NCBI RefSeq assembly: GCF_964355755.1
Contig: NC_092670.1
Location: forward strand, 10,464,795-10,528,794
Direction: 5' to 3'
From: Antedon mediterranea
Lineage: Eukaryota; Animalia; Echinodermata
DNA: 64,000 nucleotides
The notes under the pieces were generated by a model. It was not told where the DNA came from. It searched no databases and saw only the letters and a program-made list of their open reading frames with translations. Both the position numbers and the translations under genes were made by a program. Shown here one piece after another: positions 26,366 to 39,500 of this stretch; the first letter of the stretch is position 1; each line of letters starts with the position of its first letter.

Positions 26366-27332
26366 TGCGACGTTTTGGAAATACGTATTGACAAAATAAA
26401 CTGTATGATGTGCCTTCAAATGCAACTTGTCGTACACCTTATTTGTGGTAACAAGGAACTACTGTACGTTTTCATCTTCTGATGTGCGTATTATAGATGT
26501 TCCATCCAAGTATAATACAATAGAACTTTGTCTGCACCAATCAAAAACGTGTTAGTAATAATACTGTAACTATGTATGAACAAATTTCTAATAGCCTATA
26601 AAATCGAACCATCAAATTCATGGAGTTTTTTAATTATATATTAATATAAATTGAAATTACTATGTAGCTGGATTATAACAGTCTATGATCAATGTTCTGT
26701 TGTTTTTTTTACCAAATTCAGTGTTTTGGTTCAAGTATCTCTATTTTTAAATCTTATTATGCCTCGAAGTCTAATTGAATTTATTTTCATTATTTAAAAC
26801 ACCTTCTCTAAAACACCTTCTCTACATGTAGAATAATAGAAGCTGCATTATCGTAAATTTAGTATCGTGTTTGTTGACAGTTGACATAAATTAATTTTCA
26901 CATTGCTACTAGGACATTACTTTTTAGTAATTGTTGTTGATGCAACGATATATAATAAACAACTACTAATATAATGTAAAATAGCTGTATAATTTATTTC
27001 CAAGTGAATAATATATTAAGATTCAAATCGATGAACAATAGATAAGATTGCAACAAGCTAGTAATGATGCGTAGCAGATATTAGGATGAATGTGTTTAAG
27101 ATTTAGAAGCATGTGATTTAATAGTTTCACTAGTCACATTCTATTATGACCAATAAGAATTAAGAATGTCATTGGTGTGCTTGCCTTATGCATAAGGAGT
27201 GACCACATTCTTTCATGTAGACTAGTGGACTGTGGTTAATTAATATTTATTGCTTTACTAAGAAAAGTTGGTAACTATCTAATGAAAAAGAACAACAAAT
27301 TAAGTTAAGGAACAAACTGTACATATCTCTTA

Positions 27333-28108
27333 AGCCCCTTTCTCACAGATGTGCCTGCAATATACCGGTACAGTGCTGGCGTTGTGCCGGTATCGTTACC
27401 GGCATATACCCATTCTCATCGGACTATCGTGCCGGAAATATAACCGGTATATACCGGCTTTCTGTGAGAAAGGAGTCGGGCATATTCGGCCAATAAAAAG
27501 TCTCTGACAAAATAATTATTGAGGGCGTCCTTTATTGTTATTATTTTTGTCTAGCGATGATATGGCGGGGAGTGTTAAGTTACAGATTATTATCTTCCTT
27601 TATAGCATATTTATGCAATACATGCTATGTACAGTATATTGTGCATATATTATACAGGTACAGCAATTAATTTTCCGTCATCGGCAATCTGTAAAACACC
27701 TTAGAAGGCTGTAGGCCTACAATTTACAAGGCGACGAAAGGTCAGGCCTATAGATTATGCTACAAATTTCTTCTTGTCCCCTTATTTTAAGCAGCTCTCT
27801 TATCTCATTATCCCTCCAGTTCGACATTATTATTGTTAATTGAATTGAATAGGCGCCAAAGTGATACACTTGACCGCGCAAGGTGTCAAAGCCTCGACGG
27901 GGAACCCCGGAATATAACGGCGATACGTTCTCACAGAATGCCCGTCTGGCATTGCGGGGAATATCCCTAGAATATTACTAGGTCTAAAGCAGGTCATGTC
28001 GATGCCGGCATGATGCCAAGACGACCCGTTCTCACAGAAAACCATACCAGCATGGTAATGGTATATTCCCGCAATATTCCTGACACACAACTCTGTGAGA
28101 AAGGGGCT
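27333..28108. mobile_element. PIF/Harbinger MITE
   Basis: TTA|AGCCCCTTTCTCACAGA ... TCTGTGAGAAAGGGGCT|TTA; TTCTCACAGA repeated internally. Confidence 0.82.
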
Positions 28109-29039
28109 TTAGGGAGATGAATCTGCCTGCCAGACTTAGTAATTCTGACAGGGTCAGTAGCAATGCTCTTAATGTTATATGCTTATTTTGAATCGGCATT
28201 TATATATTATATATGCCATCTAGAACACTAGTTACAGATTAAATTTTTATATTATATAAGCTTATGTTTTGCGGCGTGCATGAGGTAGAAACATGAGCAA
28301 GAATACTTGCCACCCGTTTGATAATCATTTTTGAAATGGTGCATGTGAGTGCACATGCTGCTGACCACTTGCTGTCTTCACATCTAAATGACCTGATTGT
28401 GACGTAGTAAAATGGTTCGTGAATTACTAAACGCAGCATTCAGTATTTGCAAAGAAATTGGTTTAAACACAAATTTTTCATAAAAATGTGCCATTCTAAC
28501 ATGGCTTAAATGAATAAAGGAGAAAGAAAAGGTGCCCAAGCTCAAACAGATTATCGGACTTGCAGTTTAGGAGGAGATACAGGAACAAACTTTGGCTTAG
28601 TGCTATTATAATATGATGATCAATGAACAAAACATCTTAAACAGCCCCTTTGCTCAAGATTACATATCCAACCTTTCCAGAACTTGGAACCATCCCTTAC
28701 CTTCATATCACTTTCAACACCCACCAAAAATCATTTCCGTACCCCTGTGTTGAACTATAGTATATATTTGAATAGCTTTAAAAAAAAGTGACCAATAAAG
28801 AAATCTGATGTAATAATAAAACTAGCGTTAAATTTGTCTATTATAAGACAATTCCCTTACCAAAGGAGAATGCTTAAATAGCCTTCGCTAACCATTCACT
28901 AGGCATTCGAATGCTAATTTACAGGTAATTTTTAGAATTTAGGCATTCATGGTTAAAACCACTTAATCGGAATGCTAAGAAAAGTTTCCAAGCATTCTTT
29001 AGGAATGCTTACAAGAGTCAATAAGCATTCAGAAGCTAT

Positions 29040-29356
29040 CCCGAATGGTAGTGTGAATGCTAAGTTCATTGGTAGCATTCAGGGAGATATTTTGAATGGT
29101 AGTGTGAATGCTAAGATCATTGGTAACATTCAGGAAGAGATTTTGAATGGTAGTGTGAATGCCAAGATCATTGGTAGCATTCAGGGAGATATTCTGAATG
29201 GTATTGTGAATGCTAAGAACATTGGTAGCATTCAGGGAGATATTTTGAATGGTAGTGTGAATGCTAAGAACATTGGTAGCATTCAGGGAGATATGTTGAA
29301 TGGTAGTGTGAATGCTAAGATCATTGGTAGCATTCAGGAAGAGATTTTGAATGGTA
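29040..29356. repeat. 60-bp minisatellite, about 5 copies
   Basis: Unit GAATGGTAGTGTGAATGCTAAGATCATTGGTAGCATTCAGGGAGATATTTT...; explains ORFs 28972..29364 and 29029..29385. Confidence 0.92.
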
Positions 29357-30114
29357 AACAGTGAAATAATTGAATGCTCAACCAATCAGATCAATCCTCA
29401 CCAACTGCCAAAAAAACAACCACCAATTCAAATTCAAGAGACCAAATGGCTAGAGAAAGGCTGAGTTGAGTGAGTGAGGATGCCTACAGTAGACTGCAGC
29501 CTTCCTTCTTTTTACAGCTTACCTGCTGGCAACCCTGACACAGATTTTGCTGATATAAAAGGTATTGTAGCTAGTAGCTATACTTGTTCTTTTATCATTC
29601 TGTATTTGGCTACTAACTAGCTAGGCCTAATAATAATAGGAGGATCAGTATAGCCACACACAGCCTACTAAGTTGAGTTCAGCAGAGAGGGACCAGGGCT
29701 AGGCTACAGTAGATAGTGAGTGGTTTGGGATTCAGTGGTGGTGGTACTATCAAAAAGTCCTATCAAAAGTCGAATCCCCTAAGTCACTCCCTGGTTATAT
29801 TGTGTAGCTGGCCTAGGCTAGTTATAGTATACTATCCCTCTAGAACCACATTGTATCACTGATCAAAAAGAAGGGCTAAATAAACTATAAAAGCAATTTT
29901 AAATAAAAGCAGTTTTCACTCCATCGTTTATTTTATTATAAGAAAATGGGATGGTGAAGGCATTTTTATGCCATGGCAGATTATTTCCTTAATTCCAACA
30001 TTTGAAATGAATAAAAACAGTAACACAACATGTATTTATTTTAAAAAGGGTAAATATTAAATAAAATCCTTTTTATTAAACCTGAATGATACTAATATAA
30101 TAGTCCTTCTACAG

Positions 30115-30565
30115 ACTAGAGAATATAGTGCATAATTCAGTTTTATCTGCTATATACTGACTGTACATAAAGGAACATAGAAAACAAAATAAAGAGTCCA
30201 ACAGGAGTGCATTGGACAAATCATCTGTTGATGCCATTAGAGGTATTTAACTATAAATTTTAAATCTATTTTAACATGTTCATGTCTTATAAACATGCCT
30301 TCAATGATCAATTAAATATGAGGGAAAATTGAATCCCACCATTTCTCTTTGTTTTAATTACTTAATCATTCTTTTTATCTTTAATTTCTTTTCACAGGGT
30401 GTCGGTTTTTTATTTCATTAACATATTTCAATATTTTTTTTTGCAGAGTATATCAAGGTCGTGGCAGTAAAAAATGATTGGACTCCTGTTTGCCCGGTAG
30501 AATTTAACAAGAAGTTTGTGTCTAAATGCACCAATGCACGCGCAGGAGTCTACATAAATAGATAA
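30115..30565 (+). pseudogene. Degenerate spliced BEN-domain-like gene inside the CACTA-like element
   Basis: Exons 30115-30242 and 30447-30565 splice to give ...KESNRSALDKSSVDAIR|EYIKVVAVKNDWTPVCPVEFNKKFVSKCTNARAG; stop codons in the upstream part. Confidence 0.55.
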
Positions 30566-30624
30566 ATATTTTATATATAATTTTTATTTTCATTTATCAT
30601 ATCTTTATATTCTCAATTTTGTCC

Positions 30625-30765
30625 AAGTATTCTCACTTGCACAGATAAAGTGCTAGTGTTGCCAATAGCTCTGCTAATTGATAATTTTTTAGCTTTTTGC
30701 TTACTTTAGTTTGTATCTCCATTGAGATCCACAGCATTGTAATTTTTTTCAGTAATTTGCCTTTT
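30625..30765 (+). repeat. Degenerate copy of the Penelope-type hammerhead repeat at 54474
   Basis: Shares CACTTGCAC, GCTAGTGTTGCC, AGCTCTGCTAA and TTGTATCTCCATTGAGATCCA; the core is mutated (CAGATAA in place of CTGATGA). Confidence 0.7.
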
Positions 30766-31706
30766 ATATATATAGTGTATACTGTATATATATTTCTTTG
30801 AAGATGCCTCCATAAGGAAATTCATGGTGTCAATTGAAGTTTTAAATTAAATATTTTAAAGTAGTTAATTTTGATAATTGTTCATTTGTATATGGCCTTT
30901 TTGTCATACAGTATAAGTATTACACTCTCTTGCTGTTTATACGTTTGATAGCTTTTTGATACTTTATTTCTGTTTGGGAATGTTAAATATTGAGTATCGA
31001 CAAAAATATATTAATTAAATTTGATTTAAAAAAAATTAAAGTAAAGACATCTTTTATTTTAATGTCTCTTATTGTATATTTGAAGAATTTTTTCGCTTTT
31101 CATTTTAGATTCTTCATAAAAAAAGTGAGAAATCTGGATCACAACATTTCCAACTGTAGAATTTGAATGCTAGACCACGCCCACTAAAAAAGCTCACTAG
31201 CACATTCATCTACTAGCATTCGAATGCTAGGCTAAGCCTTCCAGATTTAGCATTCGAATGCTAGTATAGCATTCAACTAGTAGCATTCGAATGCTACTTT
31301 TAGCATTCGAATGCTAGTGCTACCATTCACATGCTTAGCTCATTTACATAATTCGGCTCCCTGGAAGGCTTAGCGAAGGCTTAGTGAATGCTAAGAAGCA
31401 TTCGAAGGAAGGCTTAGCGAAGGCTTAGTGAAGGCTTAGCGAAGGCTTAGTGAATGCTAAGAAGCATTCGAATGCTAAATTCAGTCATTGAATGCTTATA
31501 TACCACTAGTATTCGAATGCTAAGTATTAGCCCTTCGAATGCCAATAATAGCATTCCAGGAGTAGCATTCGAATGCTTTGTGAATGGTAAGCGAAGGCAT
31601 TCAGCTTTGGTAAGGGAACATTTAATGTACCCTATCTAGTGAGTTTACTGGTGCAATTATTAAATAAAGAAATTAAATTTAATTTTGTTCTTTATTGTTC
31701 TTTTAG

Positions 31707-31777
31707 GCTTGAAGCTGTTCATTGTGGGTGTCTTCCTTTGTGTCCTAACCAGCTGGTTTATCCTGAAATATTTCCTA
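31707..31777 (+). CDS. GTDC1: GTDC1/QTMAN penultimate exon
   Basis: AT|G joins to give [26 protein letters not shown]; AG/GTAAG sites. Confidence 0.92.
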
Positions 31778-33008
31778 GTAAGTTTAGAGTTCTCAACTTG
31801 CTATAATTGATTTCAGTAGTTTGGATAAAAAAATTCTGTAGTAATTACAAAATAGTTGTCATGTTTGTTTCAGAGCATGTACAGAATGATATTCAGAATG
31901 ACCATCACACTGTGATTGTGTTTTGACAAATTGTAATCAAGAAATAAAATGGAAATCCAGAACCAGGGCTTTTCGTGGATTGTGGGTCGATGATTAGTCC
32001 ATCATAATTTTGTGTTTTATTTTGGGTTTCTCATAATTTTAAGCCAAATCATAATTTTGGCTAGTATGTATTGCCATAGTATTTATCTCCATTTTCATAC
32101 AAAAATTACATGGCAGCACTGAAATAAGTAATTAAATATTCCAATATTGAATTACCTTGACTCTTGGAATCTATTTTATTATATTTTATGGTGATGCTAT
32201 TATATGACATCAAATGTAAACATTAAAGGAGTATTGTTCTTTATCGAATTACCTCTTTCAATCTTTATTACATTATATAGTATTATATGGTGACGCTATT
32301 AAATAACATGAATTTAAACATATTTTAACGTTTTTCCTCCGCCTGTCTCTACTGTGTACTACGTACATTTCTCGGGTCCCTTTCTAGCCTGGTAGCAATC
32401 TCATTCGTTAGGTCTAGAGCCTGGCTAGCCTAGTTATTCATTATAGAATTAAAAGGTTATATACTCGGCTTATTGGAAGGCGTATGCTCCTTCTAATAAA
32501 TGGACCACCGGAGGAGTCCCACACCCTAGTTTATTTTATGGACAGATAGGAAGTTTTATCTCGCTTGGCTAGCCTATCAGGTTCCCAGGTTCTCTCATTC
32601 CGTCTAGTTCTAACACTCACTAAGTAATTATTGCTAGATAAATAAGGACTATGTGATTATGACAGGTAGCGTTAGGTTCGACGACAGTGATATTCCGTCG
32701 GCTTCACATACAATGTAAATAGATAGATAAATGAGGAAAGTTAGTAGATTATATTCTCATGAGCCTTTATGACTCTTTTATTCATAAACTTGCCAACTAC
32801 AGTATTGATTAACAAAGATACAAGAACAACGGGATGGATGGTCTCGCTCACTCAAAATCAAAACGAAGAGTGGTAGAGGTTTCTGGCTTTATTTGGCTTG
32901 TTACATTATAACAATAGGTAGAAAATAAATGATTTGGGCTGTACCAATTTCCGTTACATTATAAAGGAGTATTGTCCTATACCGAATTACTCTTACAATC
33001 TCTTCTAG

Positions 33009-33184
33009 AGGACTGTTTATACAATACAGAACAACAGTTATTTAAACATCTACGACGATTCTGCAGAACACCAAATATTGTACGTAACTATGACAGAAGT
33101 ACACTGAATGAAATCACTACAAAATGTAGCTGGACATCTCTCAAGCAACAATATCTAACACTGCTTTCAAGTCAAGAATCATAA
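33009..33184 (+). CDS. GTDC1: GTDC1/QTMAN last coding exon
   Basis: (K)DCLYNTEQQLFKHLRRFCRTPNIVR...SWTSLKQQY...*, resembling the GTDC1 C-terminus; in phase after the CTTCTAG acceptor. Confidence 0.88.
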
Positions 33185-35014
33185 TGGTGTATCACAATTT
33201 TCAAGATGCATAATTGCCGTGAATGGTAAATTATTAACTTATATACTACTTTTCAATTGGTATGCACTTTTATTATCCTAGCAATTATACCTGTCTCAGT
33301 ACAATTCCAACTAATTTGATATGTCTCATAACCCGGAGGCCAGTATCTCCCTGTATTCACCAACCTCCAACCCTCTTCAATCACATCCCTCACTTAGGGT
33401 TAAAAAAAAAAATAAATCCTTCCCAGTACAATTTTTAATTTGGGAAAAAAACAACTTAAGCTTCATAATGAGAGGCCAAGAGGATGATGCACAACTATGA
33501 TAGGCCTATGGTTTAGATACTTTGCAAACTGTGTAAATGAATACTGTAGGTGTCGTATTGGCTAATGATTAAAATATCAATACAGCTACATATGATACAG
33601 CTGAAATACCTCTGCCCAAGGCTTCTTTCTCCTCTCCCTATCCCAGCCACAATCAACAAACCCTAACTCCTAGAACAGTTCAATCCCAATCATGTTGTCC
33701 TTCATTAGCCCCAAAACGCCAGTATCTCCGCCCCACTAGGTTTGAGACGTTTCTAGTATAAATTATATTGAGCCATACAGTATATCACTCCCAACCCATA
33801 ACCCCTCAGTGGCAGTTTTTAAAAAATATAGTTTAAAACATTTCCAGTAGAGTTTCAGCCATGTTGATAGGCCTACGACCCACCCCAAACTCCCAACTCC
33901 TTTCCAGAAATACTTAAAATTCAATTCAATCCTACTACCCTTAGCCCAAGCAAAAATCGCCACCATTCCTTTTACCGCAACTCCCCCCTCCCCCTTCTGA
34001 CTTTGGGAATTTTTTAAATGTAGTTTAAAACCTTCACAGTATAATTGCAGTCATTTTGATACCCATATGTATGGTTACGTGCATAAAACAGAAATTTGTA
34101 TAACGAACAGAAAAACACAAAAAGTGGAAAAAAGGTTGGGAATTTTGACCCATAACTTGTATTCAAGATGGCGGATGATGTTCAAATATAGTTTAGAACC
34201 TTTCCTGTACCATTATGGTCATTTTGATACCCCATATGTGTACAGTAACAAAACAAAGTACAAGCAGATTCATAAGTTAAATTCATACAAAAAGAATTGA
34301 TCAAAGTTTTGTTTTTTTGCTGAAAGTGATTTTTTGACGTTAATAAATTCAAAGTTGAATTTTCTAGTAGTTTATTTGCTTTTTAATGTTTAATACTTTC
34401 ACTTTACCTTGGAAAATACATTAGCATTCATCTTGTGTTTCTTTATGTCACTAATTTCCTTGATCATAACCAATATAATAAGATATATAATATACATTCA
34501 TTGTAAGTTTTTATTTAATTTTTAATCATTTCAAAATAAGATTCAATTTAAAAACTTCAGCAAATATCCATTAAAAATACTCCTAAAATTAGATTAAAAA
34601 TTACTAATTATTATTAATTAAAATATAGGAAATACTGATTTATGATTAGATATCAATTTGATTTTATTAATTAAAAACAATAATAATAATGTTACTATTG
34701 TATTAGCATAGTTTTAAATAATACAATTAATATTGTTTTTACAGAATGATTTATTATGATTATTTGGTATAATATTTAAAAATGATTAATAATAAAACAT
34801 TAATTGTTACTATTATATAATTTAAAATACAAAATGAAAAATTCCGTTTAATAAATTTTAAACAAATCACAGTTGATATGCCAATATATTTGATTAATAT
34901 GTTATAACATTTGGATTATTATAATAACATAATTATTCAATGATAAAGCAAAATGATAATTTAAAAGAAACAAAGAAGAATCTAAATTATTAAATAATTA
35001 CAGATTCTGATTTG

Positions 35015-35405
35015 TTATGGTGCTCTTTCAACCATCATCACTGTTGTCTTAAAAGATCAAAATAGTGATCTCAGTTGATGCCATTGTAATGAGCTGTACC
35101 TGGTGTCAGACAAGCCCATTCAGGTATGAATCATGAACATTCTCTTATGGGGCTCTTTCAACCATCATCACTGTTGTCTTAAAAGATCAAAATAGTGATC
35201 TCAGTTGATGCCATTGTAATGAGCTGTACCTGGTGTCAGACAAGCCCATTCAGGTATGAATCATGAACATTCTCTTATGGGGCTCTTTTAACCATCATCA
35301 CTGTTGTCTTAAAAGATCAAAATAGCGATCCCAGTTGATGTCATTGTAATCAGCTGTACCTGGTGTGAGACAAAGCCCATTCAGGTCTGAATCATGAACA
35401 TTCTC
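35015..35405 (-). repeat. Three tandem 130-131-bp degenerate copies of a FReD C-terminal coding segment
   Basis: Units 35015-35144, 35145-35274 and 35275-35405; each reads ...LNG..LTPGT....INW.../KTTVMMV.RAP* with frameshifts. Confidence 0.9.
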
Positions 35406-35671
35406 TTATGGGGCTCTTTTAACCATCATCACTGTCTTCTTGAGACTGTGGTACCTTCTATGGAAATTCCACCAGCTGGTGCCTGTCAAACCCTCTGTAC
35501 CTGGTGTAAGGTAAAGCCCATTCAGGTTTGAATGATGACAGTTATTGTACCACCAAGCACCTTTGTTATACTCAGCACAGTTAGTACCGATCCCGCTACC
35601 GCTTCTCTTATCATTGTCTCTATCATACGTTGAAAATTGTTGACCATTGTGGCGTGATGTCAAAGAATCAC
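35406..35671 (-). CDS. FReD-2 last exon: fibrinogen C-terminal domain
   Basis: (G)DSLTSRHNGQQFSTYDRDND...CAEYNKGAWWYNNCHHSNLNGLY...MMVKRAP*; same acceptor context as FReD-1. Confidence 0.88.
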
Positions 35672-36506
35672 CTAAACAAACAAAATTTTAAATTCATTTT
35701 TAAATATTTGTTTTTCTTTCTGTTACAAATAAAATAAAAGATATTTGATATAAAAGGGAAAATAAAACACAAATTTATAAATAGTATTAATTTGTTTTTA
35801 ATTTTTTGTTATTAACTATTCTTATATATCATATATTCTTTATTTTATTTTTGTTTTGTCAGAGTTATTATACTTCAAAAGCAATGCATTTTAATAATGA
35901 AGAAAGCCAAAGTTATATGATAAGTAACAAGGCCAACAGCCATTAAGTCGCGTGCTACAATGCATAGTGATACCGGACAGACAGACCGACAGACAGACCG
36001 ACACAGACAGACCGACCGACCGACATAGTGAACTATACTGACCGAAATTACTGAACATTTATATTTTTTAAATTTACACGTGCGTAGCCTGTCACTTTCG
36101 ACGTGCTCGTATAACGTAATTTCGAGTTGAAAAGTAAGTCAAGAAAACAGAAATCGGGCAAAAAGAATGCGCAACAACATTTAACGCGCAGTGCGCGCGC
36201 AAAAATATGCGCACTCATGGCAATTTTGTAAACGCTTAAAATTGCCTGAAATGTACTCTTATTTCATCGAAAATAAATTTTGAAAATTTTAAGCGCGCGT
36301 ACGCATGCGTTACATGCGCTACGCACGTAATTGTAATGCCATATGATGATTTATGCCCTGAAATTTATTAGTACCAAATTTTATTTAATTGTGATTCATG
36401 GTTGTTAAGATATGATTACAAACGTGATTTCGTTAAATCGTGCGTAGACCGCGTAATTTTTTATTGCGCACCGTGAAAACATAACCACATCGATTCCTGG
36501 CCATAA

Positions 36507-39500
36507 TAGTGGGGAACCTAATGTAATTCCGTGAGATTTTAATGCTCAAGTTGAGTTCTTGGCAGTTTTGGAATCCTTGGGACCAGCAGAATTCATTGCA
36601 ACAGGGGGAAAATTTTTCCCGACGCTATTTTGGCCGCCATCTTGGATTTAAAAATGGCCCCCATTTTTTACTCAAAACTGATAGTAGCTCCTATTTTAAA
36701 CCACGTACGAACGTAATTTGTGTGATAAATCTTACAATATTATGATAAATCAGTCCAATGGTACAATTTATAATAATAGCATATGGCAGCCATATTGAAT
36801 TCCAAGATGGCCGCCATTAAAAACGTATATAATGTATGCATTTTATAGTCAGGGTCATCGTGTATTTCCGTAGCATTTTAACGCCCAAAGTGAGATTTCA
36901 CTTCTTTAATATGGTGGTAGGATACAAAAAATGCTAGGTAACCAATTTTCACGATCCCGTAACCATGGTAACAGCCCCAAGATCAAAATGGCGGCCAATT
37001 GGCCCTATCTCCGTATCCCTTTGGTCTATCAACAAGATATTGGTATCAAAATACTCGGAGCGAATATATTTATATTCATTGTAATGGAATATTTTGACGA
37101 AATGTAATACGAAATGGTATTTTTCTGCACTATTGACCTTTGACCTTGACTTGCATTGTATCTAAAAAACGGCTGGTCATTGAAATTTAAAAATGGTCTC
37201 AAATTGCTGAGACCATACATATTTATATTTATTGTAATGCAACATTTTGTTAGAAAATGACCGGAAGTAAAGTTATTGACCTTTGACCTAATCAACATGA
37301 ACTTGATGTATACAATAATCGGCAATTATTTGTGGTAGGTATTAAACAATGGATTTATACATATTATTATCATTTGAATAGCTAATTTCTAATTCACATA
37401 ATGAACCAGCTTGGCTTGATGTAGATGACTAAGTAACAGAGAATAAAAGAATGTAATTAATTTGAATGTAAAGAAACAAGGCCAACAGCCATTAAGTCGC
37501 GTGCTACAATGCATAGTGATACCGGACCGACATACAGACCGATAGACCGACAGACAGACCGACAGACAGACCGACAGACAGACAGACCGACCGACATAGT
37601 GAACTATACTGACCGAAATTACTGAACATGTTTAAAAATGTTGAAATGTTTAAAAACATTTATATTTTTTTAATTTACACGTGCGTAGCCTGTCACTTTC
37701 GACGTGCTCGTATAACGTAATTTCGAGTTGAAAAGTAAGTCAAGAAAACAGAAATCGGGCAAAAAGAGTGCGTAACAACATTTAACGCGCAGTGCGCGCG
37801 CAAAAATATGCGCACTCATGGCAATTTTGTAAACGCTTAAAATTGCCTGAAATGTACTCTTATTTCATCGAAAATAAATTTTGAAAATTTTAAGCGCGCG
37901 TACGCATGCGTTACATGCGCTACGCACGTAATTGTATTGCCATATGATGATTTATGCCCTGAAATTTATGAGTACCAAATTTTATTTAATTGTGATTCAT
38001 GGTTGTGAAGATATGATTACAAACGTGATTTCGTTAAATCGTGCGTAGACCGCGTAATTTTTTATTGCGCACCGTGAAAACATAACCACATTGATTCCTG
38101 GCCATAAGGAATATACTGTGAAAAATTGACCTAGCTAGATTAAACTGATATCAAGATAAGGTCAGAAAGCGATAAAATGCATAGTGATACCGGACCGACA
38201 GACAGACAGACAGACCGACAGACAGACCGACAGACAGACCGACCGACCGACATAGTGAACTATAGAGTCGCTTCCACACGACTAAAAAAATCTGTATTTA
38301 AATAGTTCTCTTTTCCCGGATCAGGCTCTAGAAGAACAGAAGGAACATAGTTAAAATGGGTTGGTGGTCTTGTTGGCGGCATTACTCAAGATGAGGAAAT
38401 CGAACTGGATTTCCCATCGAACTCACTCTTTAACACAAAACACACAAATCCTTCAAGATTTTATCAAAATACATTCATAACAAAATCAACACTTTTTTTA
38501 AACATTGTCTTAGTAATAATTTCAAATGAAGTCAAGAAATAATCTTAAACAGATGATAAAAAAAGAGTTAAAGGTTTTTGAAGTTTGTGAGCAAAGTCTG
38601 GTTGTGGACTCATTGAAAAAAATAAAACTAAACACATTTAGTAGCTTGAAGGGAACATAAAATGCTGTAAACATCCAAAACCTCTTGGTCACTTCTAACA
38701 ATCTCACTCTATCTAATCTAAAATGATTCCTTGGCTTGGCGATATAACTACAAAATGACAGTCAATGTTAGCATTGGAAGATTACTTCTTATATCGAAAC
38801 ATCAAAGAAGCAACCCCAAGGAACGTCTAATCAAGCAACTGAACCAAGCAATCAAATTATGATCTATAACGACCACGTAATAATTGTATAGCAGTTCAAT
38901 GTATGAGAAACCTATATATATGAAATTGAAAAAAAAAAACAAGCATTAGGAAATAAAATGGAACGTCGTTACAAAGTTTAAGAATCAACCACACTCACTC
39001 CTTTGACTGTCTTAATGGAAAGAATGGGACGAGGATGCTGACACAATAAATGCATGGTATTGATTAATATTTATAAAATATATAAAAACTAAGTAAGTGA
39101 ATTAGAAATTAGATATTCAAATGATAATAATATGTATAAACCCATTGTTTAATACCTACCACAAATAATTACCGATACATTCTGAAATAGATAAATGCTT
39201 ATTGTATACATCAAGTTCATGTTTATAAGGTCAAAGGTCAATAACTTTACTTCCGGTCATTTTCTAACAAAATGTTGCATTACAATAAATATGAATATGT
39301 ATGGTCTCAGCAATTTGAGACCATTTTAAAATTTCAATGACCAGCCGTTTTTTAGATACAATGCAAGTCAAGGTCAAAGGTCAATAGTTCAGAAAAATAC
39401 CATTTCCTATTACATTTCGTCAAAATGTTCCATTACAATGAATATAAATATATTCGCTCCGAGTATTTTGATACCAATATCTTGTTGATAGACCAAAGGG

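Larger units (their letters stand above)
28854..31616 (+). mobile_element. EnSpm/CACTA-like element with GCATTCGAATGC subterminal repeats
   Basis: TIR CCCTTACCAAAG / CTTTGGTAAGGG; palindromic repeats at both ends; TSD not clear. Confidence 0.7.
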
